Positions 39,259 through 52,648 of a stretch of DNA of 64,000 bases are shown piece by piece. Within the stretch, counting starts at the first letter, position 1; each line of letters begins with the position of its first letter. The position numbers were made by a program, and so were the translations under genes. The notes below the pieces were generated by a model. That model was not told the origin of the DNA, did not search any database, and saw only the letters and a program-made list of their open reading frames with translations. The DNA is from Octopus bimaculoides (taxonomy: Eukaryota), in contig NC_068984.1 of assembly GCF_001194135.2 (NCBI RefSeq), positions 24,250,325 to 24,314,324 of the forward strand. The letters run 5' to 3'.

Positions 39259-41369
39259 TTAACAGTCAAACCAAATATCTGAAGTTATTTTATCTTTACA
39301 AACAATTATATAAATACTGGTGCGTATATATCCCTTCTAAGTTATTTTTAAAGAAATAACTTTACCGCAATCACTAGTGGAGAACAAGCTGAACTAGCTT
39401 CCCTACCTACCCTTCCCCAACCGACTGCTGCATTTCTTTGGACTCCATATATTTTGAGCTGGCCATTTTTCAATAAGCAACTCTTTGTTAATATATAATC
39501 TGCTTCTGTTAATATCTTTATTTTGGCTATTATTTATTGCTAAGCTACTACAGATTTAAAATTTATGTGAGTAGTAAATATACATATCATCCCACCCAGC
39601 CTTAAGGTAAGTTATAAGAAAATGAAAGAAAATATTAAAACAGATCCATCATCATTATTTTCATCACCACATTCATTCCCACCATCACCACCACCATCAT
39701 TATCATCACCGTTGGCGTTAATGATTTTTCCTGTCCATTCACAGATCTCATATAACTCCATAAAACTGCCTCTTGAGCTAACCCTGCCCTTAATCATTTT
39801 TCCTGTTAACTTCAGTTCTGTTAATTTAGCTTAAATTACTTAATTTCCAGTCTTTTCAACGGAGTAAGCATTTATTTGGAGCAGTCTAAATAATAATTAT
39901 TGGTAGAGAATTTAGAGAGAAATTTCTCTGTAAACAACAGTTGTATATACAGACAGTCATTAATGCTAACAAATGCTAGCAGCTTCCGATTCCCATACAA
40001 ACCTAACATAACTTATTGGTAGTTATGTTGTAATGGCTTCACTTTTAACTGTCTCATGAGTTTTTATTTCTTTTTATTTTCTTCTTTTTTTACCTAAATT
40101 TCATTTTGAGAATGGTTGGGTTCAGAAAGGAAATAAAATCCATGACTTTTGAAAGGGTTTTCTCATGAAATTATGTGAAAGAATACAAGAGAAAGAAAAG
40201 AAGAGTAGCAGCTTCAATATCCATAAAGATTTTATAGCCACATATACTTAATACAAAATTATATGAATGTTCTGAGGAGACAGTAAATGTAAGCCTACAA
40301 GGGCAAAAAATCATATGTAAATTTGCTTCCTAGAGCAATGACATATAATGGAATTCTGTTCAGTAAAAGCTGAGAACACAACAAATAAACCATTAATTCA
40401 GTTTTATTTCACCAATCCTGTTCATGAAACATGCAGACATCATTATAAAGATTCAGCTACAGGCTAGGAAATTAAAATGGATGTCTTGGATTGAGTAGAC
40501 ATATTTATTGCATCACATTAACATCAAAAGACAAACCAAACTAAGCTGGATTAGTACTTAAACTTTCACAAATCTGCATAGTTGACAGACTAGGATTAGA
40601 TTGCAGTAACTGATTTTTCTTGTTAAATCTTAGAAAATTACTGATGCATTACACAGGGTATTCAGTTGTTAATGAAATCTTAGCACAAAATTAAAACTAG
40701 TCGGAGGGATCCCTCATTTTCTGTCCACAAAAGTATCTTATATTAAACATGATGTTTAAATCTGTCACTTACTTATAGAGCTGACTAAAATTTATAGATA
40801 TTCTCTGTAGTATAGGATAGCATTAAATCTTTTCGGTAATGTAGTAAATTTGTTGTAAACAATTACCATCACTCTCCCCAGCTATTCTATCAAACTACCA
40901 ACAACCTAAACCTCTCTTCTTATCCAGTCTACTTGATTTATTGTTTGACTGTCTGTTCCGCAAGCTCATACACTATGGAAGGTAGGAAGTGTAATTTTTT
41001 TTTATTAACATTTATTAAGCAAGATAAAAAGCAGTAAACAGATACTTATTTTTATTCTATTTCATTTTATTATATTTTCTTGATATGCCGTTTCTCAGCG
41101 TGTTACTTGGATAATAAGCTCTATTCAGTGTATCATATGCTCAGTGAACTACATAATATATAGAAATAAAATGAAACCAACTGCACAAAAAAGTGAAATC
41201 CAATAGAAATACAAGTATTTTTAAGAATTTGCAGTCAATTTATATGGAATGTAAAATGCAATAGAAATTCACTTACACAGAGTAACAGAGCAGTATGTTT
41301 TCTTCTAGACATTGGTAGTTATATTGGTAGTTAGTAGTCCAAAACATGTTTAAGTACTGACCATGTATT

Positions 41370-42260
41370 CTTTTCCTTTTATACTTCTGTTTGTGTTATC
41401 AGTTGAACTGAAGCCATGCTGGGGCACCACCTTGAACAGTGTAGTTGAACAAATCAACCCCAGCATTCTTTTATTTTCAAGTCTGGTACTTGTTCTATTG
41501 GACTCTATTGCTGAACCACTAAGTTACAGAGATGTAAACAAACCAACACTGGTTGTCAAGTAGTTGGGAACAAACACACACACATTCACATATATGTATA
41601 TGTCATGGATGATGACCTTCCATACAATTTTCATCTACCAAATTCACTTCCAAGGCATTGATCAGTCCAGGGCTATAGTAGTGTAGCAAACTCATAAGAG
41701 GCGGAGAAAGAAACAAGAAGTAAAAGGAATTAAGTTTCTACATTAATTTATTATATACATTTTTTTTACATTTATAGAAATTTAGAAACCAAATCATTTC
41801 GTCGTAGAGAATTACGACTTAAATTTTATATTAACTAATTTCTCATTCTAACTATAAGGTTTCACGACAATTCAATATTGTCGGATTTGAGTATTGAATA
41901 TGGCATATATATATTAGCCTATACTCAAAAGGGTGAGTGTCGTGGATTTGAGTGGCCGTCCAACGAACACTGGAGAGTTTGCCGAAAATCAGGGTTTTTA
42001 TAACTACTCATACACGAACCATAGTACTGTAACCCCGTGAAAGATTTCTTCAACAAAGTTCATAATTCGTATATGGGCAATAATTTTTAACCAATGAGAA
42101 ATCAATAATTTCTCATGTTCGGGCAAACGAACTTACGTTCTCTCTCTGCCTCTTATGAGTTTGCTACAGTAGAATGCTCTTGCCTCAAGAGTTGCACAGT
42201 GATACTGAACCGAAAATTATGTGGTTGTGATGCAAACTTCTTAACCACACAGCTATACCT
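41370..42260 (-). mobile_element. SINE family A copy interrupted by the TGT...ACA element
   Basis: Family A sequence GGCTATAGTAG|AA..CTTGCC is split at GTAG. Confidence 0.75.
41682..42168. mobile_element. 487-bp element with TGT...ACA ends, about 31-bp TIR and 4-bp TSD (Ginger-like MITE or solo LTR)
   Basis: TSD GTAG at 41678-41681 and 42169-42172; TIR TGTAGCAAACTCATAAGAGGC identical for 21 bp, extending to about 31 bp with 2 mismatches. Confidence 0.85.
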
Positions 42261-43419
42261 GTGACTATCATGTATGAGGAGAAAACTTTCTTTTCATTTT
42301 TATTAACATTTTGGTTAATGTTAAATATATTCTATGGTTATGCAATGAGAAAAGAGGAGTGCATACACCTAACATCAGCATATTCTTTCTCTTTATCAAA
42401 ATCTAATCAAACCATTTTGAAAGTACATGCCAAGTAGTTAGGGCATTGGCGGGTGGAGTGGTGGGTGTGGCATCATTATAAGGTCATGGGTTCAATTCCT
42501 GCTCTGAGCAGTACATTGTCTTTTCGCACAAGACACTTCATTTCACATTATTCCAGTCTACTCAGCTGAGATAAGTATACTAGCTCAATGCGGATGATGC
42601 AGTGTTCTCCCTCATTATTGATATTCCACAGGAACAAGAGTAAGAGGAACAAGAAGGCATCGACATTTACTTGTGACTAGACAAACACTTAAAACAATTA
42701 GCAGAAGCATGATCCATATCACTAAATCATTAAAACTGTTTATTTTGATAAACCTCATAAAATATCACGAAGAAAATGTTGAACTCGTCTTGGTGGTCTC
42801 CATTCTGTTATCTAGTAAAATCCAGCTAAAATCATGCTTAAATCTAATTATATCTGTCGGTTGTAAACCTCCATGAAGTAAAGAATTTTTTTAAAAATTC
42901 AGGTGGTACTATTAAGTTAGAAATAGCCCAGCCCAATTTTTGGCTGAAACATCTCTAAGTTTATCAAATTTTATACAATAACCATTGAATCATAAAATAA
43001 TATTAAACCAAATGCTGGAGTTAAGTTAACAGTAAAATATAAAATATGAACCTTGGGATAACTTCAATCCTACATGAAAGATTAAATTGTATACTAGTTG
43101 TATCAAAATTTTTATAAGGTTCACACAAATCGTTTAAAATTTCAAAGGCTGTTTTGAATATACAAGCACACACACACATACACCTTTTATCTTTTAGCAG
43201 TTTCAGTCATTGGACTGTGGCCATGATGGAGCACTGCCTCAAAGGGTTTAAGTCAAGCAAATCAACCCCAATACTTATTTTTTTAAGTCTGGTACTTATC
43301 CTATAGGCCCCTTTTGCCAAACTGCTAAGTTGTGGGGATGTAAACAAAGTGACACTAGGTAGTGGGATAGGACAAGCACAAACACACACACACAATGGTT
43401 TCTTTTAGTTTTCATTTAC

Positions 43420-43578
43420 CAGGAGTGGCTGTGTGGTAAGTAGCTTTCTTACCAACCACATGGTCCCAGGTTCAGTTCCACTGCGTGGCACCTTGGGCAA
43501 GTGTCTTCTACTATAGCCTTGGGCCGACCAAAACCTTGTGAGTGGATTTGGTAGACAGAAACTGAAAGAAGCCCATCG

Positions 43579-43655
<77 letters not shown>

Positions 43656-43872
43656 GTTTGTGTGTCTGTGTTTGTCCCCTCAACATTGCTTGACAACTGA
43701 TGATGGTGTGTTTATGTCCCCGTAACTTAGCGGTTTGGCAAAAAGAGCTCGATAAAATAAGTACTAGGCTTACAAAGAATAAGTCCTGGGGCCGATGTGT
43801 TCGACTAAAGGCAGTGCTCCAGCATGGCCACAGTCAAATGACTGCAACAAGTAAAAAAGAGTAAAAAGAGTA
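43420..43872 (+). mobile_element. SINE family A, near full length
   Basis: CAGGAGTGGCTGTGTGGTAAGTAGC...GGTTCAGTTCCAC...tail GTAAAAGAGTAA. Confidence 0.85.
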
Positions 43873-44754
43873 AGACCATTCTGATTTTGTCATTTGGTGA
43901 GTTGATTGGTCCAGTCAATAACTGTACACTTGGACAATTATCAAAACAATTTGCTTGAAACACTTGCAAGTAATTCCAAAAATATAAATCTATATCAAGA
44001 CACCAATCACTACATTTTGTTTACTTTTTCAGATACGCCCCCACTTTGCAAAGAAAAAAAAAAAAACGTCTATGGCATTATTCCCACTTACAAAATGCAA
44101 AACAAAATAACGATATATTGTTTTGTAGGGTTGTGTATAGAACATAAAATGACAATTCTTGACTTTCGTTTGTCCTGAAATTAATAGATAATATCATATA
44201 TATTGGACATGCCATAAAACTTTTCTTGACAGTTTATTGCAATTCTATAGGTTTTAATACATTGGTAATGCTGAAATTATCGAAGTGTTATTAGCAAAAT
44301 TTGGAATTTGAAAGAGTTTTTCTATTAGTTGTTTTTGTAAGAAAACACTGTCACAAATTGACAATAAAGCAAAACCACTTTGTGAAAACAATATTAAATA
44401 TTTATAACAAGAGTCATTTGATTATTATTGTTTTTAATAAATTCAGTTGTATCAGACATTTCACTATATCTGAATATAAACACAATTGAAGTGAAGTGAA
44501 GCTTTTATTGCTTTGGATTTTTACATTTTCTGTGTTTTTTCTAAGTTTTTTTTCAGGGTTATTTTATCATGGAGCTCTCAGCAAAGATGTATTATAAAAT
44601 ATAATTTAATTTTACTAAAATTTAAAAGTTTTCAAAACTTTTAAACTTTGTATATAGTAATAAAAGCTGAAATTTAAAAGGAAATTTGTTTCAGTATGGC
44701 CATAGCATACAAGCTAGAACCAGTAAAAAGACAAGGCAAAATAAAGCCTATAAA

Positions 44755-44835
44755 TGAGTAACTCTGTGATGGACCAGTGACCTGTTCAGTGAGGAATGTG
44801 GTGATTTCAATCACTTAAATGCCATGGAAACTGGA
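44755..44835 (+). mobile_element. Possible ancient MetaSINE central-domain remnant
   Basis: CTCTGTGATGGACCAGTGACCTGTTCAG...ATGCCATGGAAACTGG resembles, from memory, CCCTGCGATGGACTAGCATCCCGTCCAG...ATGCTACGGAAACCGG. Confidence 0.4.
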
Positions 44836-47800
44836 TTTTCTATAGCTGGATGCCCTTCCTGTCAACAAATCTTACTTTTTCCCAAGTAAGATAATATTTC
44901 TCCATAACCAAACATGTTTTCACAGAAAATTGGAAACAACATATACAGCTGGCATGATAGTAGGTAGTCCTCCAATATCCTTACCATTCAGTTATTTTAT
45001 GTAAGTAAATGCACTCGATAAAGCCAGGTAACTGAAAGTATGCACACATATACACTGATAGAAGAAGGCAGGAACAATATATCTTGATATACCTTAATAC
45101 TGAAACAAATAGAATGTTTCTAAGTAACTTTTCCCACTGACTGACAAGAAGCAACTTCTCATCATACTCTTACTGATATTAGTTAGTGGTATCTAGCTAT
45201 AGAATGTTGGCTCTATTTACCTCTGTTCTGGATCAAATCAAGTTACCATACAGTCATACAATTGTTTGCCGAAAGGCATTTCAAACACACATATTTTAGT
45301 ATTTAACCTTTGCAAGAATAAAATGAAATGAAAAAGAAAAACAGCTGTTAAATAAAGCTAGAAGAAATCTTAGAAAGTTTAATCTCACAGATGAAGTAAC
45401 AGAAAGAAAACCAGACTCCTCCCACTCACGCCAACAGAGAGATAATGAATCTACATTAACGATGATGATCAGAGGGAAAACGATGATGTTTAGGAAAGGA
45501 AATTGAAAAGGAGGTGAAAGGGAAAGGAGTAGTGACTGAAATGTCATTACCTTCTTGCAGTTTAGCTGACTGATACTAGATAACAAATGATGGTAACTCT
45601 CCTCTGTCTGAAGATAACGGCTAATTTCTTGCTTGCAGTTTACACTTACCACCAACAAATGAGAATGCTACTGCCAAGAAGGATTATATCACAAGCAATC
45701 TTGAACCCACCACATACAAAAGTGATATTTCCAATATGGACATCAACCAACATCTTTGCATCTTCAAGTACATTCCAACTGAAGAACTTCAGAAGAATTA
45801 ATAACAAAATCATTGTTATCGCCGTCGTTGTCGTCATCATCATCGTCATTATTTTAATGTCCAATTTTCCATGCTTGCACAAGTTGGATGAAATTTATTG
45901 ATGCAGACTTTCTACAGTCAGATGCACTTCTTGTTGCCAACCCTTACCTGTTTCCAAACAAGGTGATGTTTCCCTTTAGCTAGACATACTTTCACAGAAT
46001 ATTGGAAATAAATGACATTCATATTCATGGTAACCTCACTAGTGCCAACATCATAAAAAAGCAACTAGTACACATGGCATTAAGGAAGGGCATCCAGCCA
46101 TAGAAACCATGCCAAACTTGATGCAGCTCCTCAGCTCATTGGACCCTGTCAAACCATCCAACCCATTCCAATATGGAAAATGGATGTTAAATGATGATGA
46201 TGATGATGGCTATGTTGTGTGTGTGTGTGTGTGTTACACACACACAATGAGCTTCTTTCGGTTTCTGTCTACCAAATCCACTCACAAGGCTTTGGGCAGC
46301 CCAAGACTATACTAGTAGACACCTACCCAAGATGTCAGTTCCAAGTGGGACTGAACCCAAAACTATGTAGTTTGAAAGCAAACTTCTTACCCACACAGCC
46401 ATACCTGAGCTTATAAATATTACATGAAATTTGATGCTCTGCACAACTAACTGCTCCTACCAATTCTCTAACTGATAATAATCTCTTGTGAATAGGTAAA
46501 AAGCAAACTTTTTGTACAAAAAGAAATATAGATGATCTGAATGACTCAGATTATGCTTATAATTATTTACCAATATATAACTAGTACTTTGCACACTTTG
46601 AGCAGTATTTATTTTATCAATACAAGAAAAGATGAGAGAGAAAGTTGATTCTGGTAGGATTTGAACTCAGAATACAGGGGAGTAAAACTTGATAGTATGC
46701 ACTCAATGATTTTAACCAATTCTGTTTTTCTTTCACAGATTAATGATAAAGACAATTTCTTGTTCCTTGTACAGTAACTGCAATACAATTTACATATAAA
46801 TTCAAAGAACAAAAATGATAAAGAGATATTGATAATGTTAGGAAGTCTCTTTGGGATACTGAGTCACATTAATGAACAACAAACAACTGTAGAGCATTTC
46901 TGGCTTAAATGTATTCTCAATTATATTTTTTTCCAGCATAAATGATTATAAATATGATGATTATTTATAGTCATGATCATGATCGACTTCTTTTATAATC
47001 ATTCTCATATTTATAATCCATCTTCATTCCCATTATAATCTTTATAATCATTATGATCTTCATTATCATCCTTATCGTCCTTACTGTTACTAGCACTACC
47101 CACTACCACCACAACCACAACCACCATCATCATTGTTATTATTACATCCATGTATTTCCAAGCCACCACCCACTCATGATGGGGACACATTTAGAAATGT
47201 CTGTTGCTTTCCCAGGTCAACAACTGGAAATTAATTCTTTAGTAATGCAATTAATAACCTTTGCTGAAACTCTTCAATTTGTTTTCATTGTTTCTATGGT
47301 GAAATATTCCTATTATCTTTAATTTCTTTTCTTTCGTTTTTCTTCCAAACTGTTTTACATATATTACTAATTATAGCAAGAAGTGGGAGAGCTTTTGTAA
47401 TAATATACATTAGCATATTATTGAAACAACTTCTTATTAATAAATAAATTAATGGATAATATTCATTTATTTATTACAGCTGGATGCCCTTTTCTACAAC
47501 CAACTACTCCATGGAAACTAAAGCAAGCATAGTTATGAGTTTTGTCTTTTCCAAAAGTACAATATGATATAAACTGCTATTTTCACAGAAATATTAAATA
47601 TAGTTTAAGCATATTTAACAAGCACATATCCTCCTTTATCACTGATTCAATCATTCCTAATCATGATAACACAGTACACTAATTGTGAATCATGTTATGC
47701 TTATAACAAATTGATCTGTGAAATCAGCAATCAGCAAAAGATTCTGCTTGGACTGGAAAAGCATGCCCCAGTGACCATCTACAATGCTCAGGACAACTTG

Positions 47801-47904
47801 GGGTCTCAAAACAAAATCTGCTTTCCTCATATGTTCTAGTGCTCATTCATCACCGATTCATTTAACACAGAGCCTTTTTTGGAACCAAATACCCATGATA
47901 AATG

Positions 47905-47944
<40 letters not shown>

Positions 47945-47954
47945 NNNNNNNNNN

Positions 47955-47990
<36 letters not shown>

Positions 47991-48674
47991 ATATATTATA
48001 AACATGGTAAAATATTCTTGTATATTTGTCACTAGTAATTTGGGTATCATTATTTCTTTTCAGTTTATCATTTATTAGAGAGGAAATTACATGTTCTTTG
48101 GATTAATTATTAGCATCGTTACAGTTTAGAGCAAAGAATGAGGTTACATGGTAGATAGCAGACACTAATAAGAAATGAAAGTTAAATCATGAAATTGTTA
48201 GAGGTTTATTGTAAAGCCAACACAGAATACAGATGTAATGGGAGAAGTTTTTAAGTTTGTGTTATTGTTGTTGTTGTTGTTTAACCCCAGGTCAATACTA
48301 ACTGAGATGACCAATGATTGAAGTTATTCCAACTGTAACAGTCTTATCTTTTTGTATATCTAGAATTATATTGTTCAGCTTGTCTCTTTTTTCTAGGATG
48401 ATAAATTGTGATTTGAAGGAGATTTAGCTGCTATTTCTGTATGGTCACTTCTGTAACTACAAAAAAAAGGTTCCATCATCCTGTGTGGTATGAAAATGGC
48501 ATTTCACAGTGCATTTAAAGTCATTTTCTGGTTTAACCATTTTCAGTTAATTTACTCATAATGCCTATAGTTTTCAGCCTTAGTTAACAACTCAGAAAAG
48601 GATGGACTCTATCAACTTGACTTTTTATGGCATAAAATGTCATAACGTCTAAGATGTGCGATTGTTAATATTGA

Positions 48675-49184
48675 AGGTGTGTGGCTTAGTGGTTAAGGTG
48701 TTCGACTCATGATTGTAAGGTCATGAGTTTGACTCCCAGCAGCAAGTTGTGTCCTTGAGCAAGACACTTTATTTCACATTTCTCCAGTTTACTCAGCTGG
48801 CAAAAGTAAGTAATTCTGTGTCAAGAGGAATCTCCTTGAGAACTACGTTAACCCTTTTGTTACCATATTTCTTTTGAGATGCTCTGTTTCTTTCAATCAA
48901 TTTTAAATATAACAAAGAATTTAGTATAATAACTTAGTTATCATTAAGCAAGTGTTAAGAACATAAATTGTGACTAAGGTTTGGTGGAAGATTTTAATTC
49001 AGAACTTATGAAAACAAGACATTTGTACGACAGAGCCAGAGGTGGTTTCAGCCGGGTTGGTATCAAAAGGGTTAAGGATACACATGTCTGTGGAGTGCTC
49101 AGCCACTTGCACATTAATTTCACAAGCAGACTTTTCTGTTGATTAGATCAACTGAAACCTTATCAGCATAGCTGACAGAGTGCC
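48675..49184 (+). mobile_element. tRNA-derived SINE sharing the family D 3' tail, interrupted by a MITE
   Basis: Head GGTGTGTGGCTTAGTGGTTAAGG...GAGTTTGACTCCC; tail GAGAACTACGTTAA|insert|GGATACACATGTCTGTGGAG matches 11140-11262. Confidence 0.75.
48852..49071. mobile_element. piggyBac-like MITE
   Basis: TTAA|CCCTTTTGTTACCA ... TGGTATCAAAAGGG|TTAA; partial related copy near 62350-62440. Confidence 0.85.
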
Positions 49185-49551
49185 AACAGCTTTTGTTAAT
49201 GCAATTATAATCTTTCAGACTAATAATCTCATCTTTAGAGAGGAAATATATTTTTAAAATCTACATCTATACTACAAAACCTGCTCAGCTAGCTAGTGTG
49301 ATGGCATCATTTGAAAATTACAACAATGCAAGGAAGCACATTGTGACTAGTGGTGTATAACAATATCTGTTAGTCTTGTCAATACAGTGATATATCTATA
49401 CTACATTTCAATTGGTTTGATCTCATATCATCAAGTCCAAAATGGTCCAGCTGGTCCAAAATAGGAAATCATAGATGTGTGATTAAGGAATAAAAAGGAG
49501 TGGAAAATGTTACCATCTGCATAGAAGCATTGTTAGACAGTAAGTCATTAA

Positions 49552-49832
49552 TCTTTTAGCATTCAGACTACTCTGTCAAATGGAATGCTTACTTATCTTT
49601 TTTATCTTTTATCTTTTACTTGCTTCAGTCTTACTCTGTGGCCATGCTGGGGTACTGCCATGAAGAATTTTTAGTCAAATGAATTGACCACAGTATTTTT
49701 TTTTTAAAGCCTGGCACCTATTCTATTGGTTTCTGTGGCTGAACTGCTAAGTTACTAGGATGTAAACACAACAGCACTGATTGTCAAGTGGTTGAAGGAA
49801 ATAATCACAGGTAGAAAGACACTGTCTCTCTT

Positions 49833-49900
<68 letters not shown>

Positions 49901-50242
49901 TTAATGCCTTCTTTCAGTTTCCACCTACAAAATCCACTCACAAGGTTTTGGTTGGCCTGAGATTTTAGAAGACACTTGCCCAAGGTTCCACACAGTGAGA
50001 CTGAACCCAGAACCATATCAAACTTCTTACCACACATCCATGCCCGAGCCCACATACAGTTACATTCACTTTGTTTTTGAATTAATCATGTATTATCTTA
50101 TAGCTTCGAGATTTAAATGATGTGATCATTTATCTTTACAGCAATATCATAGTGTAGGTGTGATAGGCTGAATCTGGCCAATTTGAACATAAAATATGTA
50201 GGATATTTGGGTCAGATATAGCTGGTTTAAAAGCCAAGGAGT
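49552..50242 (-). mobile_element. Older copy of the 52428 MITE split by a family A SINE (about 49596-50060)
   Basis: TTTAGCATTCAGACTACTCTGTCAAATG...|SINE|...TTCACTTTGTTTTTGAATTAATC joins up to match the reverse complement of 52428-52648. Confidence 0.7.
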
Positions 50243-50289
50243 TTAATATACAGGAGAAAAAGTGCAGAAGAAATAGCTAAACCTTAGGA

Positions 50290-50560
50290 CACATATGAAT
50301 TCATGTAGTCTAGATCCATCAGTGCAACTTGTGATGATGCAGTCTGATAGAGAACATCCAAACCAAGAGACAACGGGAAGATGGAGCCTATAAGTGAGAT
50401 TTTCATACCAGACATGGTCAAATGGTTGGTCGATATCAAGTACAACAATGTTGCTTCCAAAGAGTGTCTCAAGGACAAGGAGCAACTGATTAATGACGTA
50501 GAAGAGTAGGTCCTCAGTAAATCTGGTTCGGCAAATTAATTAATGAGTTAGAGTAAACGA
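50290..50560 (-). mobile_element. Decayed LINE (CR1/Jockey group) reverse transcriptase fragment
   Basis: TEDLLFYVINQLLLVLETLFGSNIVVLDIDQPFDHVW...SWFGCSLSDCII corresponds to STxDLL...VxLDIxKAFDRVWH...WIxSFLSDR. Confidence 0.7.
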
Positions 50561-50789
50561 TGCCTATTTAAGATAAGATCAGATACAAAGAAGATGCGAA
50601 TAAGAAAAGTGTTACTTTTGTTGACAACAAATAGATTTTCTCTCAACCTCACCTCTTTCTCTCTTACATGATGATGACATCAGTAAACATCTTATGTTAT
50701 ATGATGTGGACTGTGAACAATGAAGACAATTTGCAGCAGCTGGATGCACAACACAAATTTGAAAAACAATCAAGTTAACTATTACTACC

Positions 50790-50873
50790 ACCCCTTTCCG
50801 CGTCTTCCCACTACTACTACTGCTGCTTCTACTCCTACTACTACTGCTGCTTCTACTCCTACTACTACTGCTG

Positions 50874-50911
<38 letters not shown>

Positions 50912-51229
50912 GTCATTAGCCCAACTACTTGATCCACCCTTTCTCGTGGCATTAGGTGCTGCCAACAATAGTAGGAAATTAATAACAAAAGTAAAACTTC
51001 CTTTGATTTCGTTCCATCCTCACAGGTAAGATAGATAATACTCCAAGGAGAAGATGTAATTCACAGTAAGCAGCAGGGATAGCGTATACTTGATGAGTGT
51101 TTTGTTGGTCTGTAATGTCGGAGGAGTGAAGTCTTTTCATGGGAAAAAAACCACATGCAGAAAGAAAGAGGTTTGCAAAAACCACCACCGCCACCATAAT
51201 CTGTACTACTGCTGCTGCTGTTACTGCTG

Positions 51230-51269
<40 letters not shown>

Positions 51270-51390
51270 AAATGATGCTCATGAAATTCAGTAATCAAAT
51301 GTAATATTCTAAAAACCAGTCTTTAACAACATTAATACTGGTGATAGCCTTGTTTCTTTGCATGTTTGTATGCATGTATGTATGTCTGCA

Positions 51391-51425
<35 letters not shown>

Positions 51426-52135
51426 GTAAGAATGTATGAATGTATATATGTAAATATATATCTATATCTATGTATGTATGGTCACATGTGAATATGTATG
51501 CATGTATGTATGTATGAATCTATGTATGGTTGTATGTATATATCTATGTACGTGTCTGTGTATAATTGCATGTATGTATGTATATATGTATGTATGTATT
51601 TATGTATGCATGTATTTACATCTTTATGTATATATGTATTTTTTAAAATGAAATTATTTTGTTAGAATTTGATGATTATGAATAAAGCCTGACATTCTAC
51701 CAAATTACATAATTTAGCAAATTTATGTAAACGCAAGACTTTAATATTTAATCTGTTTGTCTCATATTTGTTTTCTCTACAAATTGTTATTTGCTTGGCG
51801 CACACACACACACACAGAAAAAGGGAAGAAAAAAAAGCAAATTTCATTATATCATCATCATCATCATCATCATCATTAACATCATCATTGCCATCATCAT
51901 CATGATCATCATCATCTTCATTGTGATTATTACTGCCATCATGATTATCATCGCTGCCATTACTATCATCAACATCATTGCCATTTTTATCGTCGACATC
52001 ATCATCAGTGTCATCATCATCATTCCTCTCTTTCTCCTCCTCATCCTCATCATCATTACTGCCATTGCTATGACTGCTGACATCGTCATCATCATCGCCA
52101 TTATTGTCATCAATTACTGACAACTGAATAAGTTA
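50790..52135. repeat. Trinucleotide and low-complexity tracts: (CTA)n, (CTG)n, degenerate (CAT)n
   Basis: Visible at 50810-50920, 51200-51270 and 51850-52135. Confidence 0.9.
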
Positions 52136-52427
52136 CCATTAATAAAATATATTAAAAAATGTTTTTGTGTTGTTTCAATATAAAAACCAAACTTTGATCT
52201 TATTCAAATTCTTCCCACCAACCTGCTTCCTTTCTACTTTTCTTTTAATATTTTTATTTTGGCTTTTTCCTTATCACTCATTTTATCCAGTATATAGCAT
52301 CACTAACCAAACTCTACTGCTACCACCACCACCACAACATCCAATACAATATTTCCAAACACTAAAACCCTTATGGAAAAAAAAAAGCATTGAAACTATA
52401 GTTTTAGGTTTGAGGGAGAAGGTTTAA

Positions 52428-52648
52428 CCCTTTAGTATTTAAACTGGCCATATCCAGCCCAAATATCTGACTTGTTTTGTTTTCAAATTGGCCAGATCTG
52501 GCCTCTCACACTTCACCTACAATGTCATTCTAAAAATAAACAATCACATCTTTTAAACTCCAAAACTATAAGATAATATGGGATTAATTCAAAACAATGT
52601 GAACAAATAAGCATTTGCATTTGACAGAATAATCGAAATGCTAAAGGG
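52428..52648. mobile_element. piggyBac-like MITE
   Basis: TTAA|CCCTTTAGTATTT ... AAATGCTAAAGGG|TTAA. Confidence 0.85.

Noticed and set aside
44031-44178. Strong acceptor plus open frame DTPPLCKE...
   Set aside because: Runs through an A14 tract and has no good donor
50720-50932. Mucin-like PTTTAAST ORF
   Set aside because: Translation of a (CTA)n/(CTG)n microsatellite
51662-52123. Acidic Asp-rich 153-aa ORF (and 54686-54892)
   Set aside because: Degenerate (GAT)n repeats; open in several frames with no coding signature
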